Both the position numbers and the translations under genes were made by a program. From positions 3,040,001-3,104,000 of the forward strand of contig OY760937.1 of the NCBI GenBank assembly GCA_963664225.1: DNA of 64,000 nucleotides, read 5' to 3'. This DNA comes from Verrucomicrobiia bacterium. Its GTDB lineage: Bacteria; Verrucomicrobiota; Verrucomicrobiia; Limisphaerales; UBA1319. The notes beneath the pieces are model-generated. The model saw nothing but the letters and a program-made list of their open reading frames with translations. It did no database searches and was not told the origin of the DNA. Shown here piece after piece: positions 8,735 to 19,445 of this stretch; the first letter of the stretch is position 1, and every line of letters starts with the position of its first letter.

Positions 8735-11704
8735 ATGCAAAAAATACGTTCGAACATTACGGCAACTTTCGCGCTCCTGGCGATGGTCTGCGCACTCCCC
8801 GGAAACGCGTCCGCCGTTGAATCGCTGCAGGAGAGCTTCGCTCATCCACCGTCCGCCGCAAAGCCATGGGTGTATTGGTATTTCATGGATGGCAACCTGA
8901 CACGCGAAGGAATGACCGCGGATCTGGAGGCCATGAAGCGCGCGGGCATCGGCGGAGGGACTTTTCTCGAGGTCAACATCGGCATACCGCGTGGACCGGT
9001 CGATTTTATGAGTCCGCAATGGCAGGACCTGTTCGCCCACGCCATGAGTGAGGCCGACCGGCTCGGCATCCAGATCGCGCTGGGGGCGGGTCCCGGCTGG
9101 TGCGGCACGGGCGGCCCTTGGATCAAGCCCGAGTTGTCGATGCAACACCTGGTCGCCAGCGAAACCAATATGACCGGGCCTGCAAAGTTCTCGGGAACAC
9201 TTCCGCAGCCACAGCCCCGCACCCCCTATTTCGGTGAAGGCACGCTGACGCCACCCCTCAAAAAACAATGGAAGGAGTTCTATCGCGACGTGGCTGTGCT
9301 GGCGTTTCCAACCCCTGCAGGCACCAACCGCATCGCGGATGTGGATGAAAAGGCCCTTTATTATCGGGAACCGTTTTCCTCGAAAGCCGGGGTGAAACCG
9401 TTTTTGCCCGCTCCGGCGGAATATCCGGTCCTCGCCGTCAATGCCTGTATTCCGACGGGCGGGATCGTGGACCTCACCAAAAAGATGTCTGCGGACGGTC
9501 AATTAACCTGGAGCGTGCCTCCGGGTCAGTGGACCATCATGCGCCTGGGCCGCACGCTCACCGGCCAGACCACGCGCCCGGCGCCGGACCCGGGTCTTGG
9601 CTTTGAGAGCGATAAGTTCGATCGCGCCGCACTCGACGCGCATTACGCGGACTTCATACAAAAGCTTTTATCGCGGGTGTCGCCGCACACCAATTCCAAC
9701 GGCGGCCTGACCATGCTGCATTTCGATAGCTGGGAAATGAGTTCGCAAAACTGGTCGCCCCGCTTTCGTGAGGAATTCAAGAAACGGCGCGGTTACGATC
9801 CGTTGAAGTATTTGCCCGCCTACACAGGCCGCATTGTGGACAGCGCGGAAATGTCCGAACGGTTTCTGTGGGATCTGCGCCAGACCGCGCAGGAGCTGGT
9901 GGTCGAAAACCACGTCGGCTACCTGAAAACATTGGCCCACAAAAACAGTCTCTCGTTTTCGGCGGAACCCTACGATCTGAACCCGTGCGGCGATCTGACC
10001 CTGGGCCGCGTGGCCGATGTGCCGCAATGCGAGTTCTGGTATCGCGGCTTCGATACGACTTACAGCGTCATCGAGGCGGCCTCCGTCGCGCACACCTGCG
10101 GGCGCAACATCGTGGTCGCGGAAGCCTTCACATCGGAGCCGGGGGAGGATTGGACGGCGGATCCGGCGGCGTTGAAACCGCTGGGCGACTGGGCCTTTTG
10201 CGCCGGGGTGAACCGTTTTGATTTCCACCGTTTCCAGGCCCAGCCCTGGAACGACCGCAAGCCGGGCATGACGATGGCCGATTATGGCGTTCACTGGGAC
10301 CGCACTCAGACCTGGTGGGACATGGTCCCGGCGTATCATGAATACCTCGCGCGCTGCCAGGCCCTGTTGCAGCGCGGTGTGACCGTGGCCGATGTCTGTT
10401 TCCTCGCGGCGGAAGGGGCGCCGCAGGTGTTTCGCCCGCCCACCTCCGCGGTGAGGGGGACACCGCCCGATCATTCCGGCTACAATTTCGATGGCTGCGC
10501 GCCGGAAACCCTGCTGGAACGCGCCGTGGTGAAAGAGGGGAATATTGTTTTCCCCGGCGGCACCAGTTATCGAATTCTGGTTCTTCCCGAGGTCCAGACA
10601 ATGACTCCCCAACTCCTGCGCAAAATCGAATCGCTTGTGCGCGCTGGTGCCACGGTTTGGGGGCCGGCGCCCGTAAAATCGCCAAGCCTGCAGAATTATC
10701 CAAAGTGCGATGCCGAGGTGAAGAAGCTCGCGCAGGAAATTTGGGGCAACTGCGATGGCAAAACCGTTTTCTCGCATGCATTGGGCAAGGGCAGGATGGT
10801 CTGGCTCAAGAACGAGATCAAGCCGACGGAGCAATACGGGGATTTCGCCGCCATCACCACTGTGCTCAGCGAAATGGAGGTGACGCCTGATTTTGAGGCC
10901 GATGGACCCATCCGGTTCACGCACCGCCGGGATGGAGAGGCGGAGGTTTATTTCGTTGCGAACCGCGAACCGCAGGCGGTCGAGGCCAGTTGCCTCTTTC
11001 GCATCGCCGGGAAGCAGCCCGAACTTTGGGACCCGATGACGGGCGCCACCCGCGCATTGCCGCAATTCACCGAGCGTGACGGACGCACCACCATCCCCAT
11101 GCGCTTTGAGGCGGCGCAGTCGTTCTTTGTCGTCTTTCGCGCGCCGGCAAAGAGCAATGAACCCGGCGCGCAGAATTTCACTCCCTTGAAACCGGCCTTC
11201 AGTTTGACAGGTTCCTGGGAAGTGAGCTTCGACCCCAAGTGGGGCGGGCCGGAAAAAATCAATTTCGATTCGCTCGCCGACTGGAGCCAGCGAACGGAGC
11301 CCGGCATCAAATACTATTCCGGCAAGGCAACCTATCGAAAAACGTTTGAAGTCCCGGACGCGCTCCTGGCATTGGGTCAAAAATGCACACTCGACCTGGG
11401 CGCGGTGAAAAATCTGGCGCGCGTTCGATTGAATGGACGCGATCTGGGGGTTGTGTGGTGCGCGCCGTGGCGCGTGGAAATCTCCGAAGCCCTGACCAAG
11501 GGAACCAATCGCCTGGAAATCGAATTGGTCAACCTGTGGGTCAACCGGTTGATCGGTGATAAGTCATTGCCGGAGAATCAAATGTACACCTGGACGACCC
11601 GGAATCCCTACAAAAAAGATTCGCCACTCCTCCCATCCGGCCTGCTTGGACCCGTGAGTGTTTTGACGGATGCGAAAACTACAATCAGGCCGCCCAACAA
11701 CTGA
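8735..11704 (+). CDS. Glycosyl hydrolase, GH106 (alpha-L-rhamnosidase)-like, secreted
   Basis: Signal peptide, AKPWVYWYFMDGNLTREGMTADLEAMKRAGIGG, HFDSWE, AEAFT, C-terminal GH2-N-like domain ending LLPSGLLGPV. Confidence 0.85.
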   Translation: MQKIRSNITATFALLAMVCALPGNASAVESLQESFAHPPSAAKPWVYWYFMDGNLTREGMTADLEAMKRAGIGGGTFLEVNIGIPRGPVDFMSPQWQDLFAHAMSEADRLGIQIALGAGPGWCGTGGPWIKPELSMQHLVASETNMTGPAKFSGTLPQPQPRTPYFGEGTLTPPLKKQWKEFYRDVAVLAFPTPAGTNRIADVDEKALYYREPFSSKAGVKPFLPAPAEYPVLAVNACIPTGGIVDLTKKMSADGQLTWSVPPGQWTIMRLGRTLTGQTTRPAPDPGLGFESDKFDRAALDAHYADFIQKLLSRVSPHTNSNGGLTMLHFDSWEMSSQNWSPRFREEFKKRRGYDPLKYLPAYTGRIVDSAEMSERFLWDLRQTAQELVVENHVGYLKTLAHKNSLSFSAEPYDLNPCGDLTLGRVADVPQCEFWYRGFDTTYSVIEAASVAHTCGRNIVVAEAFTSEPGEDWTADPAALKPLGDWAFCAGVNRFDFHRFQAQPWNDRKPGMTMADYGVHWDRTQTWWDMVPAYHEYLARCQALLQRGVTVADVCFLAAEGAPQVFRPPTSAVRGTPPDHSGYNFDGCAPETLLERAVVKEGNIVFPGGTSYRILVLPEVQTMTPQLLRKIESLVRAGATVWGPAPVKSPSLQNYPKCDAEVKKLAQEIWGNCDGKTVFSHALGKGRMVWLKNEIKPTEQYGDFAAITTVLSEMEVTPDFEADGPIRFTHRRDGEAEVYFVANREPQAVEASCLFRIAGKQPELWDPMTGATRALPQFTERDGRTTIPMRFEAAQSFFVVFRAPAKSNEPGAQNFTPLKPAFSLTGSWEVSFDPKWGGPEKINFDSLADWSQRTEPGIKYYSGKATYRKTFEVPDALLALGQKCTLDLGAVKNLARVRLNGRDLGVVWCAPWRVEISEALTKGTNRLEIELVNLWVNRLIGDKSLPENQMYTWTTRNPYKKDSPLLPSGLLGPVSVLTDAKTTIRPPNN

Positions 11705-11808
11705 TACGGTTCCAATGGTATGTTGAAACCATGAAAAGAATAATGAGCTGCCGGGCGAATGTATTTGGTGGAGTTGAGGCGATCCTCCGTGTTGTTTAAC
11801 CAAGAGAT

Positions 11809-12297
11809 ATGACACCCGTTGGATATCAGCGATGGATCTGGACACTCACGGCGCTTTTGATCGCGGCATTCCTTTGCACGGGTTATTGGTTTGTGCGTTG
11901 GGGTTTTCTCCACGTGCAGGTTGCGTCTGGCGAGGAGCAGACGCGGATGTTTGAGGAATGTCTAAATCAGGCATTGCAGAGTACCCAGCCGGAACGGATC
12001 GTTGGATTGATGGAGGCTGCCATCATTTACTATCCATCTGGGACGAAGCAAACCGCCGGTTCGCATCTTGACCGAATGGTCGAGCGGAGTCGCCAGCGAA
12101 CGATTCAAGACATGATTACCCATTTACGAGCCACGACCAAAGCAGATTTGGGAAGCAATTCACAAGTGTGGATCGATCGATACGGAGAAAAAACACTCCT
12201 CCAATCAGATGGACCAACAAACGTGAGCCAGACGATACGCTCACTTACCAATGCAACGTCATCGGTGGCTGGCTCCCATCGCGAAACTCTGAAATAG
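11809..12297 (+). CDS. Hypothetical membrane-anchored protein (putative gene cassette)
   Basis: N-terminal TM segment, visibly more AT-rich than neighbours; C-terminus runs through an attC-like sequence. Confidence 0.6.
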   Translation: MTPVGYQRWIWTLTALLIAAFLCTGYWFVRWGFLHVQVASGEEQTRMFEECLNQALQSTQPERIVGLMEAAIIYYPSGTKQTAGSHLDRMVERSRQRTIQDMITHLRATTKADLGSNSQVWIDRYGEKTLLQSDGPTNVSQTIRSLTNATSSVAGSHRETLK

Positions 12298-12300
12298 GGC
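12201..12300 (+). mobile_element. Degenerate attC-like site
   Basis: Imperfect inverted repeat GAGCCAG (12225-12231) / CTGGCTC (12269-12275) plus CGAT/ATCG; core ends eroded; resembles verrucomicrobial attC sites from recall. Confidence 0.5.
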
Positions 12301-12306
12301 ACAAAC

Positions 12307-12618
12307 ATGCGACAAGTATTACTCATCATTTCGGTGGTTGGCTTTATTATTTGCTTTTTGAGTATCGATGCCTCCTTAGGCAGGCCTACATCTTTCGACC
12401 TACTGAACGATGCGGTTCAGAAAGCAGAAGCTCAATCGCCGGGCTTGGCACCGGAGTCGCGTAAGCAGATTCAGTTTTGCATCGGGGAGTTAAGACGCTT
12501 TCATTTGGCGGAGGTGGACCGTTGCGCTACAGCGCATCAAATTGCCTTGGGTGGGTTGTTTGGGATTTCACTGACTTCACTATTCCTTTATGTCTATTCG
12601 AGACGAAAGTGCGTCTAA
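12307..12618 (+). CDS. Hypothetical 2-TM protein (putative gene cassette)
   Basis: Two hydrophobic segments, AT-rich, stop codon lies in GTCTAAT (inverse-core-like). Confidence 0.55.
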   Translation: MRQVLLIISVVGFIICFLSIDASLGRPTSFDLLNDAVQKAEAQSPGLAPESRKQIQFCIGELRRFHLAEVDRCATAHQIALGGLFGISLTSLFLYVYSRRKCV

Positions 12619-12914
12619 TCAATGCGTTGCTGCGAACCTGCCACTCCGGCGTCCCTTTTGAGTGCCTCACAGCTTTCAGCATTTCAGTTTTGAATATTTC
12701 CACGTCTGTGCACCTGTTTTTCCGCCCCACCGGGTTCCCGTTCGTGCCAATTCAGATTTAGGGCTGGAGGTTGGAATCGCGCGTTCGGTTCATTCAATTG
12801 TGTGCGACAGCTCTTTGTATATGCATTGGCAGCGTTCTTGAGGGTTTCTCCTTTTGAATGTGAAATTTGTTCTGCCCCCGCCAAGGAGCCAGGGACGTCA
12901 AATGGGTAATCCGC

Positions 12915-12943
12915 TTGCCGGGGTGGCCAGGACAGGCTAGGTT
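12915..12943 (+). promoter_or_regulatory. Putative sigma70 promoter of sppA
   Basis: TTGCCG-17 nt-TAGGTT, 9 nt before the ATG. Confidence 0.4.
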
Positions 12944-12952
12944 TCCTTCAAT

Positions 12953-14056
12953 ATGGCCGACCCTGAACCTCCGGTTTACGGAAATTTCAATCCGCCGCCT
13001 CTGACCGCGCCCGTGCCGCCACCCCGGCGCCGGGGCCGGGGGTGGATGGTGTTATCGCTGGTGCTGATGCTCCTGCTCTTCTTGGTCCTGGCCAGCGATT
13101 TCGTCCGCTTTGTCCACAGCCTCATGGGAGGCTCTCACGCCGCGCGCAGTCGTCCAAACAACCTCATTGAATCGGTGGTTGAGGACAATGGCGCAAAAGA
13201 TAAATTTGTGATCATCGATATCCAGGGGATCATCACCGGAGATCTATTGGATCGTGGAATGGACATGGTGGAGTTGGTCAAGGACCAGCTCAAGGCCGCC
13301 GCGGAGGACAAGGAAGTGCGCGCGGTCATTCTCAAGGTGGACTCCCCGGGGGGAGAAGTCATGGCTTCGGACGCGATCAGCGAGGCGATTTCCCGTTTTC
13401 AAAAAACGTCGCGAAAACCGGTCATCGCCTCGTTTGGAAGCGTGGCCGCCTCCGGTGGCTATTACGTCAGCGCGCCCTGCCGCTGGATTGTCGCCCATGA
13501 ATTGACGATGACCGGCAGCATTGGTGTCATCATGCATGGTTACAACTACCGGGGATTGCTCGATAAAGTGGGCGTGCGTCCGGTCGTTTTCAAAAGCGGT
13601 CCCTACAAGGACATGCTGCGCGGCGATAAAAGCGATGAGGAGATTCTGCCTGAAGAACGCCGCATGACCCAGGCCTTGATCGACCAGACTTACAACCGCT
13701 TCAAGGAAGTCGTGTCCGCAGGCCGACACGATTTCCGCGATAAGAATAAAAACTTCGGCAAAGCGCTGGTCAGCGACTGGGTTCAATACGCCGACGGCCG
13801 GGTTTTCTCCGGCAAGGAAGCTTTTCAATACGGGTTTGTGGATGAATTGGGGAATTTTGAGACGGCGGTGGAAAGGGCGAACATTTTGGCGGGAACACGC
13901 GAGGCCAACCTGATTCGCTATGAGATGCCCTTCGAATTGGGAAACATCCTGCGCATGTTTGTCAAGAGCCAGCCGCCTGTCATCAAGCTGGAGATGGGAG
14001 TGGAGGCGCCCAAACTCAAGGCCGGTCATCTCTATTTTCTGAATTCGGCTCTCTAA
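12953..14056 (+). CDS. sppA: Signal peptide peptidase SppA (S49)
   Basis: KVDSPGG, AASGGYY, TGSIGVI, KSGPYKDM, ADGRVFSG. Confidence 0.92.
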   Translation: MADPEPPVYGNFNPPPLTAPVPPPRRRGRGWMVLSLVLMLLLFLVLASDFVRFVHSLMGGSHAARSRPNNLIESVVEDNGAKDKFVIIDIQGIITGDLLDRGMDMVELVKDQLKAAAEDKEVRAVILKVDSPGGEVMASDAISEAISRFQKTSRKPVIASFGSVAASGGYYVSAPCRWIVAHELTMTGSIGVIMHGYNYRGLLDKVGVRPVVFKSGPYKDMLRGDKSDEEILPEERRMTQALIDQTYNRFKEVVSAGRHDFRDKNKNFGKALVSDWVQYADGRVFSGKEAFQYGFVDELGNFETAVERANILAGTREANLIRYEMPFELGNILRMFVKSQPPVIKLEMGVEAPKLKAGHLYFLNSAL

Positions 14057-14087
14057 ACGAATTATCGCACGGCGATTGATCCGAGAC

Positions 14088-14609
14088 ATGAGCGCTCTGG
14101 AACCACCAGATACGCATTATTTATCAGCCGCTGAGGGTTGGTTGATGCTTGGTGTATTGCACGAAGCACGCCGTGAGCTGGGCCGGGTCCAGCCTGAGAA
14201 CCGCCGCCATTCCGAGGTCCTGAAGGTGCGCTGGCGCATTTACGCCGCCGCCCACAAATGGCGTGCCTGCCTCTCTGTGGCCCAAACCCTGGTGTTTGAG
14301 GAGCCGGCCAATCCTTTTGGGTGGGTGCATCGTTCTTTCGCCCTGCACGAGATGCGCCGCACTCATGAGGCCTTTGAGGGGCTTCTTCCTGCCGTCGAGT
14401 TATTTAAGAAGGATTTCATCATTCCTTACAATCTCGCCTGTTATGCCTGCCAGTTGGGTCATCTTACGGAGGCATGGACGTGGTATCGACGCGCGCGCGG
14501 CCTGGCCGATGGCGGCATGGTTCAAGCCATGGCCTTGGAGGATAATGATTTACAACCAATATGGGATAAAATCCGCCTCCCGGGAAAACGCACCTCCAAT
14601 CCAACCTGA
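14088..14609 (+). CDS. Tetratricopeptide-repeat protein
   Basis: Helical repeats, AAEGWLMLG, IPYNLACYACQLG, ALEDNDL. Confidence 0.75.
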   Translation: MSALEPPDTHYLSAAEGWLMLGVLHEARRELGRVQPENRRHSEVLKVRWRIYAAAHKWRACLSVAQTLVFEEPANPFGWVHRSFALHEMRRTHEAFEGLLPAVELFKKDFIIPYNLACYACQLGHLTEAWTWYRRARGLADGGMVQAMALEDNDLQPIWDKIRLPGKRTSNPT

Positions 14610-14745
14610 GACACACTTGGAATAAGCAGACGCGAAATTTATGTTTAAGGCCGCAGACTGTTATGCCGATCTACAGTCATACAAAAGGCCCCGTTCCGGC
14701 TGTAATGCAATGGTATGCGGCATCGGGCCGGCTTTTTGTATAGAA

Positions 14746-17700
14746 ATGATCGGATTATTTCCAAAATTAACCTTTTTTTTGGCGTGCTGCATCTGTTTCC
14801 AGGGGAACACAATGCGGGCTGTGGCGGAATCCGCCACCAATGCCACCGCCTTGGTTTCCTCGGTCGCAGAACTGCAGGATCTGCCTGCGGACGAGGCTCT
14901 CAATGACATTCCAGTCAGGATTAGCGCCACCGTGCTTTACCACGATGTCGGCTGGCGAAACCTGTTTTTGCAGGACGGCGGCCGGAGATTGTATTTGTCG
15001 GCTATTGATAATCAAACCCAGTTTGAATCCGGAGATCTGGTTGAAGTTTCTGGCTCCACCGACATTGAAAGCGGTCGGATTCAGGTTTACAAGCCTCAGC
15101 TTCGTTTTCTGAGTCATGGCCCGGTGCCCAAGCCACTAAAGTCCACGATTCGAGACCTGCGTCAGAATTGGGGGGCGTGGGTCGAGTTGGAGGGTACAGT
15201 CAAGTACGTTGGAGTGAATAAAGGCCGGTTGCTATTGAATCTGGAGCAGGCAGGCGAACGATTTCAAGTGACCTGCCTGAACCCGAATGCCGGAGACAAT
15301 TACTACTGGCTGGTGGACGCGCATCTGCGTCTGAGGGGAGTCAATGGAACTGATTTCAACATCAACCCCGTCCTAAACCACTTGTTCACGCCGGGCTTCA
15401 CCAACATCACCATTCTGGCGGCTGGCAGCACCAACTTCATGCGGCTGCCAACGGTGACGGTCAAATCCCTGTTGGCCATGGGAGCAAACCGCACCGCCAA
15501 CTCAAGGGTTCATTTGCAGGGAGTGGCTGCGGATATCCGACAGAGTGGCGCGATCAGCCTGACCGATTCGACGGGAACGATACTGGTCAAAATCCCCAAC
15601 AACATGGTCCCGGATACGCAGGAAGCCATCAATGTCTGGGGTTATCCGGTTTTCAGCCAGGGCCAAATATTGATTGAGGATGGCATAATACAGTTGGTAA
15701 GCATCAAAACTCCCTATCCGAGAAACGCAACGCAACCCAGCCAGGAGGACGCCAGGAATCCAACCCCCACGCTCATTACAAAGGTCAAGGAGCTGAGGGC
15801 TTTGGCCGCTGATGTGGCTGTTAAAAAGATTCCGATACGGTTTCGCGGGGTGCTCACTTATTATGATTCGGACTGGAAAAATGTTTTTTTCCATGACGGC
15901 GAAGAAGGGATTTATCTCTTTTTAAAAGAGTATCCCACGAACCTGTTTTGCAGCCAACAAGTGGAAGTGACCGGAGTCACCGATCCCGGCATGTACGCTC
16001 CCACTGTCGCAGAGGGGGTTTTAAGACTTTTCGGCGCGGCCAAAAAACTGCCCGAGCCGACCAGGGCCACATTGAGTGAACTGCGGACCGGAGCCTTCGA
16101 TTCGCAGTGGGTCGAGACTGAAGGGGTGGTGTCCGATGTGGATTCCAAACCCCGGCATCTTCAATTGGAAGTCCGCGCCCAATCAGGCCGGTTCAAAGCA
16201 ATCATCCCAAACTACGATGACGAGACGCCGACCAATCTGATCGGCGCGCGCGTCTTGTTGCGAGGGGCGTGTGGCGCGGACATGGGTTGGGACAGAACCA
16301 AACTGGTGGGTATCAACCTGAACATGGCCACTCTAAGCGCTCCGTTTTTCGAGATATTGAAACCATCGCCCAGGGACCTTTTTGAGGCCAAAGCCGTCGA
16401 GATTCAGAGTCTTTTTCTCTATAATCCAGCCCTCAGTTCAGGGCAGATGGTCAAGATATCGGGGCGGGTGACGCTGATTGAGAGCGGCCTCGATTTATAT
16501 CTTCAGGATGCCACCGGCGGTTTGCACGTTCAACTGCTGCGACCGGAGGTTGTGCGTTTGGGGGACGTGATCGAGGTGATTGGATTTCCAACCTCTAACA
16601 ATGGAGCGATCTCCATCACCGATGGCCGCCTGCGGATTCTGGAATCGGGCCGCCCGGTGACGCCCGTGGAAGTTGAGAATATCGAAAAGATTCTTTACAC
16701 CCAGGTCTATGACAATCAACTCATTCGTTTGAAGGCGTATCTGCTCGAACCGGTTCTTCCGCAGGATCGTCCCCAACTGAAGCTGGAGACCGGGGCCTCG
16801 ATGTTCATCGCCACGCTCGAGCAAAGCGGACCCAACAAACCCATGCCCGCGTTGCAACCAGGCAGCCTGCTGGAGCTGACGGGAATTTGCATTTTGCAGG
16901 TCGGCGAAGAAAGGCGTCCCAACAATTTCCGATTGTTGCTCCGCAATACGGATGACATCCGGCTGGTGCAGGGCCCGAACTGGTGGACACCGCAACGCAC
17001 TTTTCGGGGGTTGCTCATTCTCGTGGCGTTTGCCGGGGCGGCGATGGGGTGGGTCTGGCTTTTGCAGCGGAGCGTGCGGGAGAAGACGGCCCAAATTAAG
17101 GAACAAATTAAACAGGAGGAGGTTCTTGAATCCCGCTACCGGGAATTGTTCGAGAATGCGAACGATCTGTTTCTGACAATGGATTTGCAGGGGCGCTGCA
17201 CTTCGCTCAACCGCGCCGCCGAGCGATTTTTCGGCTATACGCGCCAGGAGGCCCAGGGGATGAGCTTCACCGATGTGGTGGTGCCCGGGCAAGTGGAGAT
17301 GGTGCGAGGAAGGCTCCAGACCCTTTTGAATGGGCGCACGCCGGAAACCATCGAGTTGAAGGTCATTCAGAAGAGCAAGAAAATCGCGATCATCGAGATC
17401 AACGCCCGGGTATTCCACAAGAATGGCCAGCCCGCAGGGTTGCAGGCGATCGGGCGCGATGTCACCGAACGCACACAATTCGCGCAGGCACTGGAGCACG
17501 AGCGCAATTTGCTGCGCATTCTGATCGATCACATGCCCGATTCGGTGTTCGTCAAGGATTCCCAGGAACGCTTTCTGATCACCAACAAGGCGTATGGCCG
17601 CATGAGAGGCAACGAGGTTGCCGATGCCTATATTGGGAAGACTGTTTTCGACCTTTTTCCCGCCGAGATGGCCGACCGGTTCCATCAAGACGACCTTTTG

Positions 17701-19401
17701 ATTTTGAAGCAGGAGAAATCGTTTTTTAATCACGAGGAGAAGACCATCGACGCCCAAGGGGCCGCCCGCTGGCTGGTGACCACCAAAGTGCCGCTCAAGG
17801 ACAGCCAGAACGATGTCATCGGATTGGTGGGTATCAGCCGGGACATCACCGAGCAGAAGGAAAAAGAGAAGCGGCTGCGGCAGCTCTCCATAGCGGTCGA
17901 ACAATCCCCGGCCTCCATTGTCATCACGGATACCAAGGGAGTCATTGAATATGTGAATCCCAAATTCACCGAGCAGACCGGGTATTCGCTGGAAGCCATC
18001 CGCGGGAAAAACATGCGAATTCTCAAGCCGGACTCCTCCCAGCAATCGGTTTATCTGGAATTGTGGTCCAATGTATCCGCAGGCAGGGAGTGGAAGGGGG
18101 AACTGCAAAACCGCAAGGCGGATGGCCGTTTGTTCTGGGAATCCGCGCATATCTCTCCGATCAAGAATGCGACTGGCGAAGCGACTCACTTCCTGGGCAT
18201 CTATGAGGATATCACGGAGCGACGCAGTCTCGAGGCGCAGTTGCGGCAGTCGCAAAAGATGGAATCCGTGGGTCAATTGGCGGCGGGCGTGGCGCATGAT
18301 TTCAACAACATCCTCACGGTGATTCAAGGGCACGCGGAAATGTTGCACGCGGAGCCGTCCATCACTTCTGAAAACCGGGAGGCGCTGGACCAGATCACCT
18401 CATCGGCAAAACGCGCCGCCAATCTCACCCGCCAATTACTGCTTTTCAGCCGCAAACAAGCCATGCAGCCCCAAGCCCTGGATTTAAGCCATTTGATTGG
18501 CGACCTGGGTAAAATGCTCCAGCGAATTCTGGGCGAGCAAATCGAGATGCATACCACTTACCAGAGCGATGGTATCATCATACAAGCCGACCCTGGAATG
18601 GTCGAGCAGGTCATCGTCAATCTCTGCGTCAATGCGCGCGATGCCATGCCCGACGGCGGCCTGTTGCGTCTGGAAACCAATCTGGTTGAGTTTGCCGAAA
18701 ACACTCCGCTGCCTCACGCCGAGGCCAGAACCGGCCGGTTCCTCTGCCTGTCCGTGGCTGATTCGGGTTGTGGAATGGATGAGCCAACCCTGTCCAGGAT
18801 TTTCGAGCCGTTTTTCACCACCAAGCCCAAAGGCAAGGGAACAGGCCTCGGATTGGCCACCGTTTACGGCATCGTCAAACAGCATCAAGGCTGGGTTGAC
18901 GTCAGTAGCGCGCCTGGCAAGGGCACCACTTTTCGCATTTACTTTCCGGCCGCCGAAAAAGAGGTCAAAGCCAGTCGCGACAACCCGGCGTCCGAGACGG
19001 CCCGTGGTGGCTCCGAATGCATCCTCGTTGTTGAGGACGAGGATTCTTTGCGACTGATGGTAAGGATGGTCCTCAAACGGCAGGGCTACCGGGTGATCTG
19101 CGCCTCCTCGGGGCTGGAGGCTTTAACCTTGTGGAAAGACTGCGCCAGCGATGTGGATATCCTGCTCACGGACATGGTCATGCCGCACGGCATCACGGGA
19201 CGCCAACTGGCCGACCGGCTCCTGGCGGAGAAACCTTTCCTGAAGGTCATTTACTCCAGCGGCTACAGCGTGGATCTGGCCTCCTCCGGACATATGTTCC
19301 AGAATGGCTTTAATTTCCTGCCCAAACCATACCGCCCAGAAGATTTGGTTAAAATTGTCCGGAATTGCCTGGATCACAATCAGGAAAAAGCGAACGCGTA
19401 A
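14746..19401 (+). CDS. Hybrid sensor histidine kinase: large repeated extracellular region, TM, 3 PAS, HisKA/HATPase, REC
   Basis: [37 protein letters not shown]...[14 protein letters not shown] segments ending RDVTER, RDITEQ, EDITER; start uncertain (ORF from 14641). Confidence 0.92.
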   Translation: MIGLFPKLTFFLACCICFQGNTMRAVAESATNATALVSSVAELQDLPADEALNDIPVRISATVLYHDVGWRNLFLQDGGRRLYLSAIDNQTQFESGDLVEVSGSTDIESGRIQVYKPQLRFLSHGPVPKPLKSTIRDLRQNWGAWVELEGTVKYVGVNKGRLLLNLEQAGERFQVTCLNPNAGDNYYWLVDAHLRLRGVNGTDFNINPVLNHLFTPGFTNITILAAGSTNFMRLPTVTVKSLLAMGANRTANSRVHLQGVAADIRQSGAISLTDSTGTILVKIPNNMVPDTQEAINVWGYPVFSQGQILIEDGIIQLVSIKTPYPRNATQPSQEDARNPTPTLITKVKELRALAADVAVKKIPIRFRGVLTYYDSDWKNVFFHDGEEGIYLFLKEYPTNLFCSQQVEVTGVTDPGMYAPTVAEGVLRLFGAAKKLPEPTRATLSELRTGAFDSQWVETEGVVSDVDSKPRHLQLEVRAQSGRFKAIIPNYDDETPTNLIGARVLLRGACGADMGWDRTKLVGINLNMATLSAPFFEILKPSPRDLFEAKAVEIQSLFLYNPALSSGQMVKISGRVTLIESGLDLYLQDATGGLHVQLLRPEVVRLGDVIEVIGFPTSNNGAISITDGRLRILESGRPVTPVEVENIEKILYTQVYDNQLIRLKAYLLEPVLPQDRPQLKLETGASMFIATLEQSGPNKPMPALQPGSLLELTGICILQVGEERRPNNFRLLLRNTDDIRLVQGPNWWTPQRTFRGLLILVAFAGAAMGWVWLLQRSVREKTAQIKEQIKQEEVLESRYRELFENANDLFLTMDLQGRCTSLNRAAERFFGYTRQEAQGMSFTDVVVPGQVEMVRGRLQTLLNGRTPETIELKVIQKSKKIAIIEINARVFHKNGQPAGLQAIGRDVTERTQFAQALEHERNLLRILIDHMPDSVFVKDSQERFLITNKAYGRMRGNEVADAYIGKTVFDLFPAEMADRFHQDDLLILKQEKSFFNHEEKTIDAQGAARWLVTTKVPLKDSQNDVIGLVGISRDITEQKEKEKRLRQLSIAVEQSPASIVITDTKGVIEYVNPKFTEQTGYSLEAIRGKNMRILKPDSSQQSVYLELWSNVSAGREWKGELQNRKADGRLFWESAHISPIKNATGEATHFLGIYEDITERRSLEAQLRQSQKMESVGQLAAGVAHDFNNILTVIQGHAEMLHAEPSITSENREALDQITSSAKRAANLTRQLLLFSRKQAMQPQALDLSHLIGDLGKMLQRILGEQIEMHTTYQSDGIIIQADPGMVEQVIVNLCVNARDAMPDGGLLRLETNLVEFAENTPLPHAEARTGRFLCLSVADSGCGMDEPTLSRIFEPFFTTKPKGKGTGLGLATVYGIVKQHQGWVDVSSAPGKGTTFRIYFPAAEKEVKASRDNPASETARGGSECILVVEDEDSLRLMVRMVLKRQGYRVICASSGLEALTLWKDCASDVDILLTDMVMPHGITGRQLADRLLAEKPFLKVIYSSGYSVDLASSGHMFQNGFNFLPKPYRPEDLVKIVRNCLDHNQEKANA

Positions 19402-19445
19402 CGCCCGCACTATGGACGCAAAGACGTAAGCGCCAGAACCCTTTT

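Noticed and set aside
9668..11380. Long antisense ORFs (570 aa here; also 16495-18348, 35068-36672, 5891-7090, 2919-3953)
   Set aside because: Shadow ORFs opposite well-supported genes, expected from GC-biased codon usage
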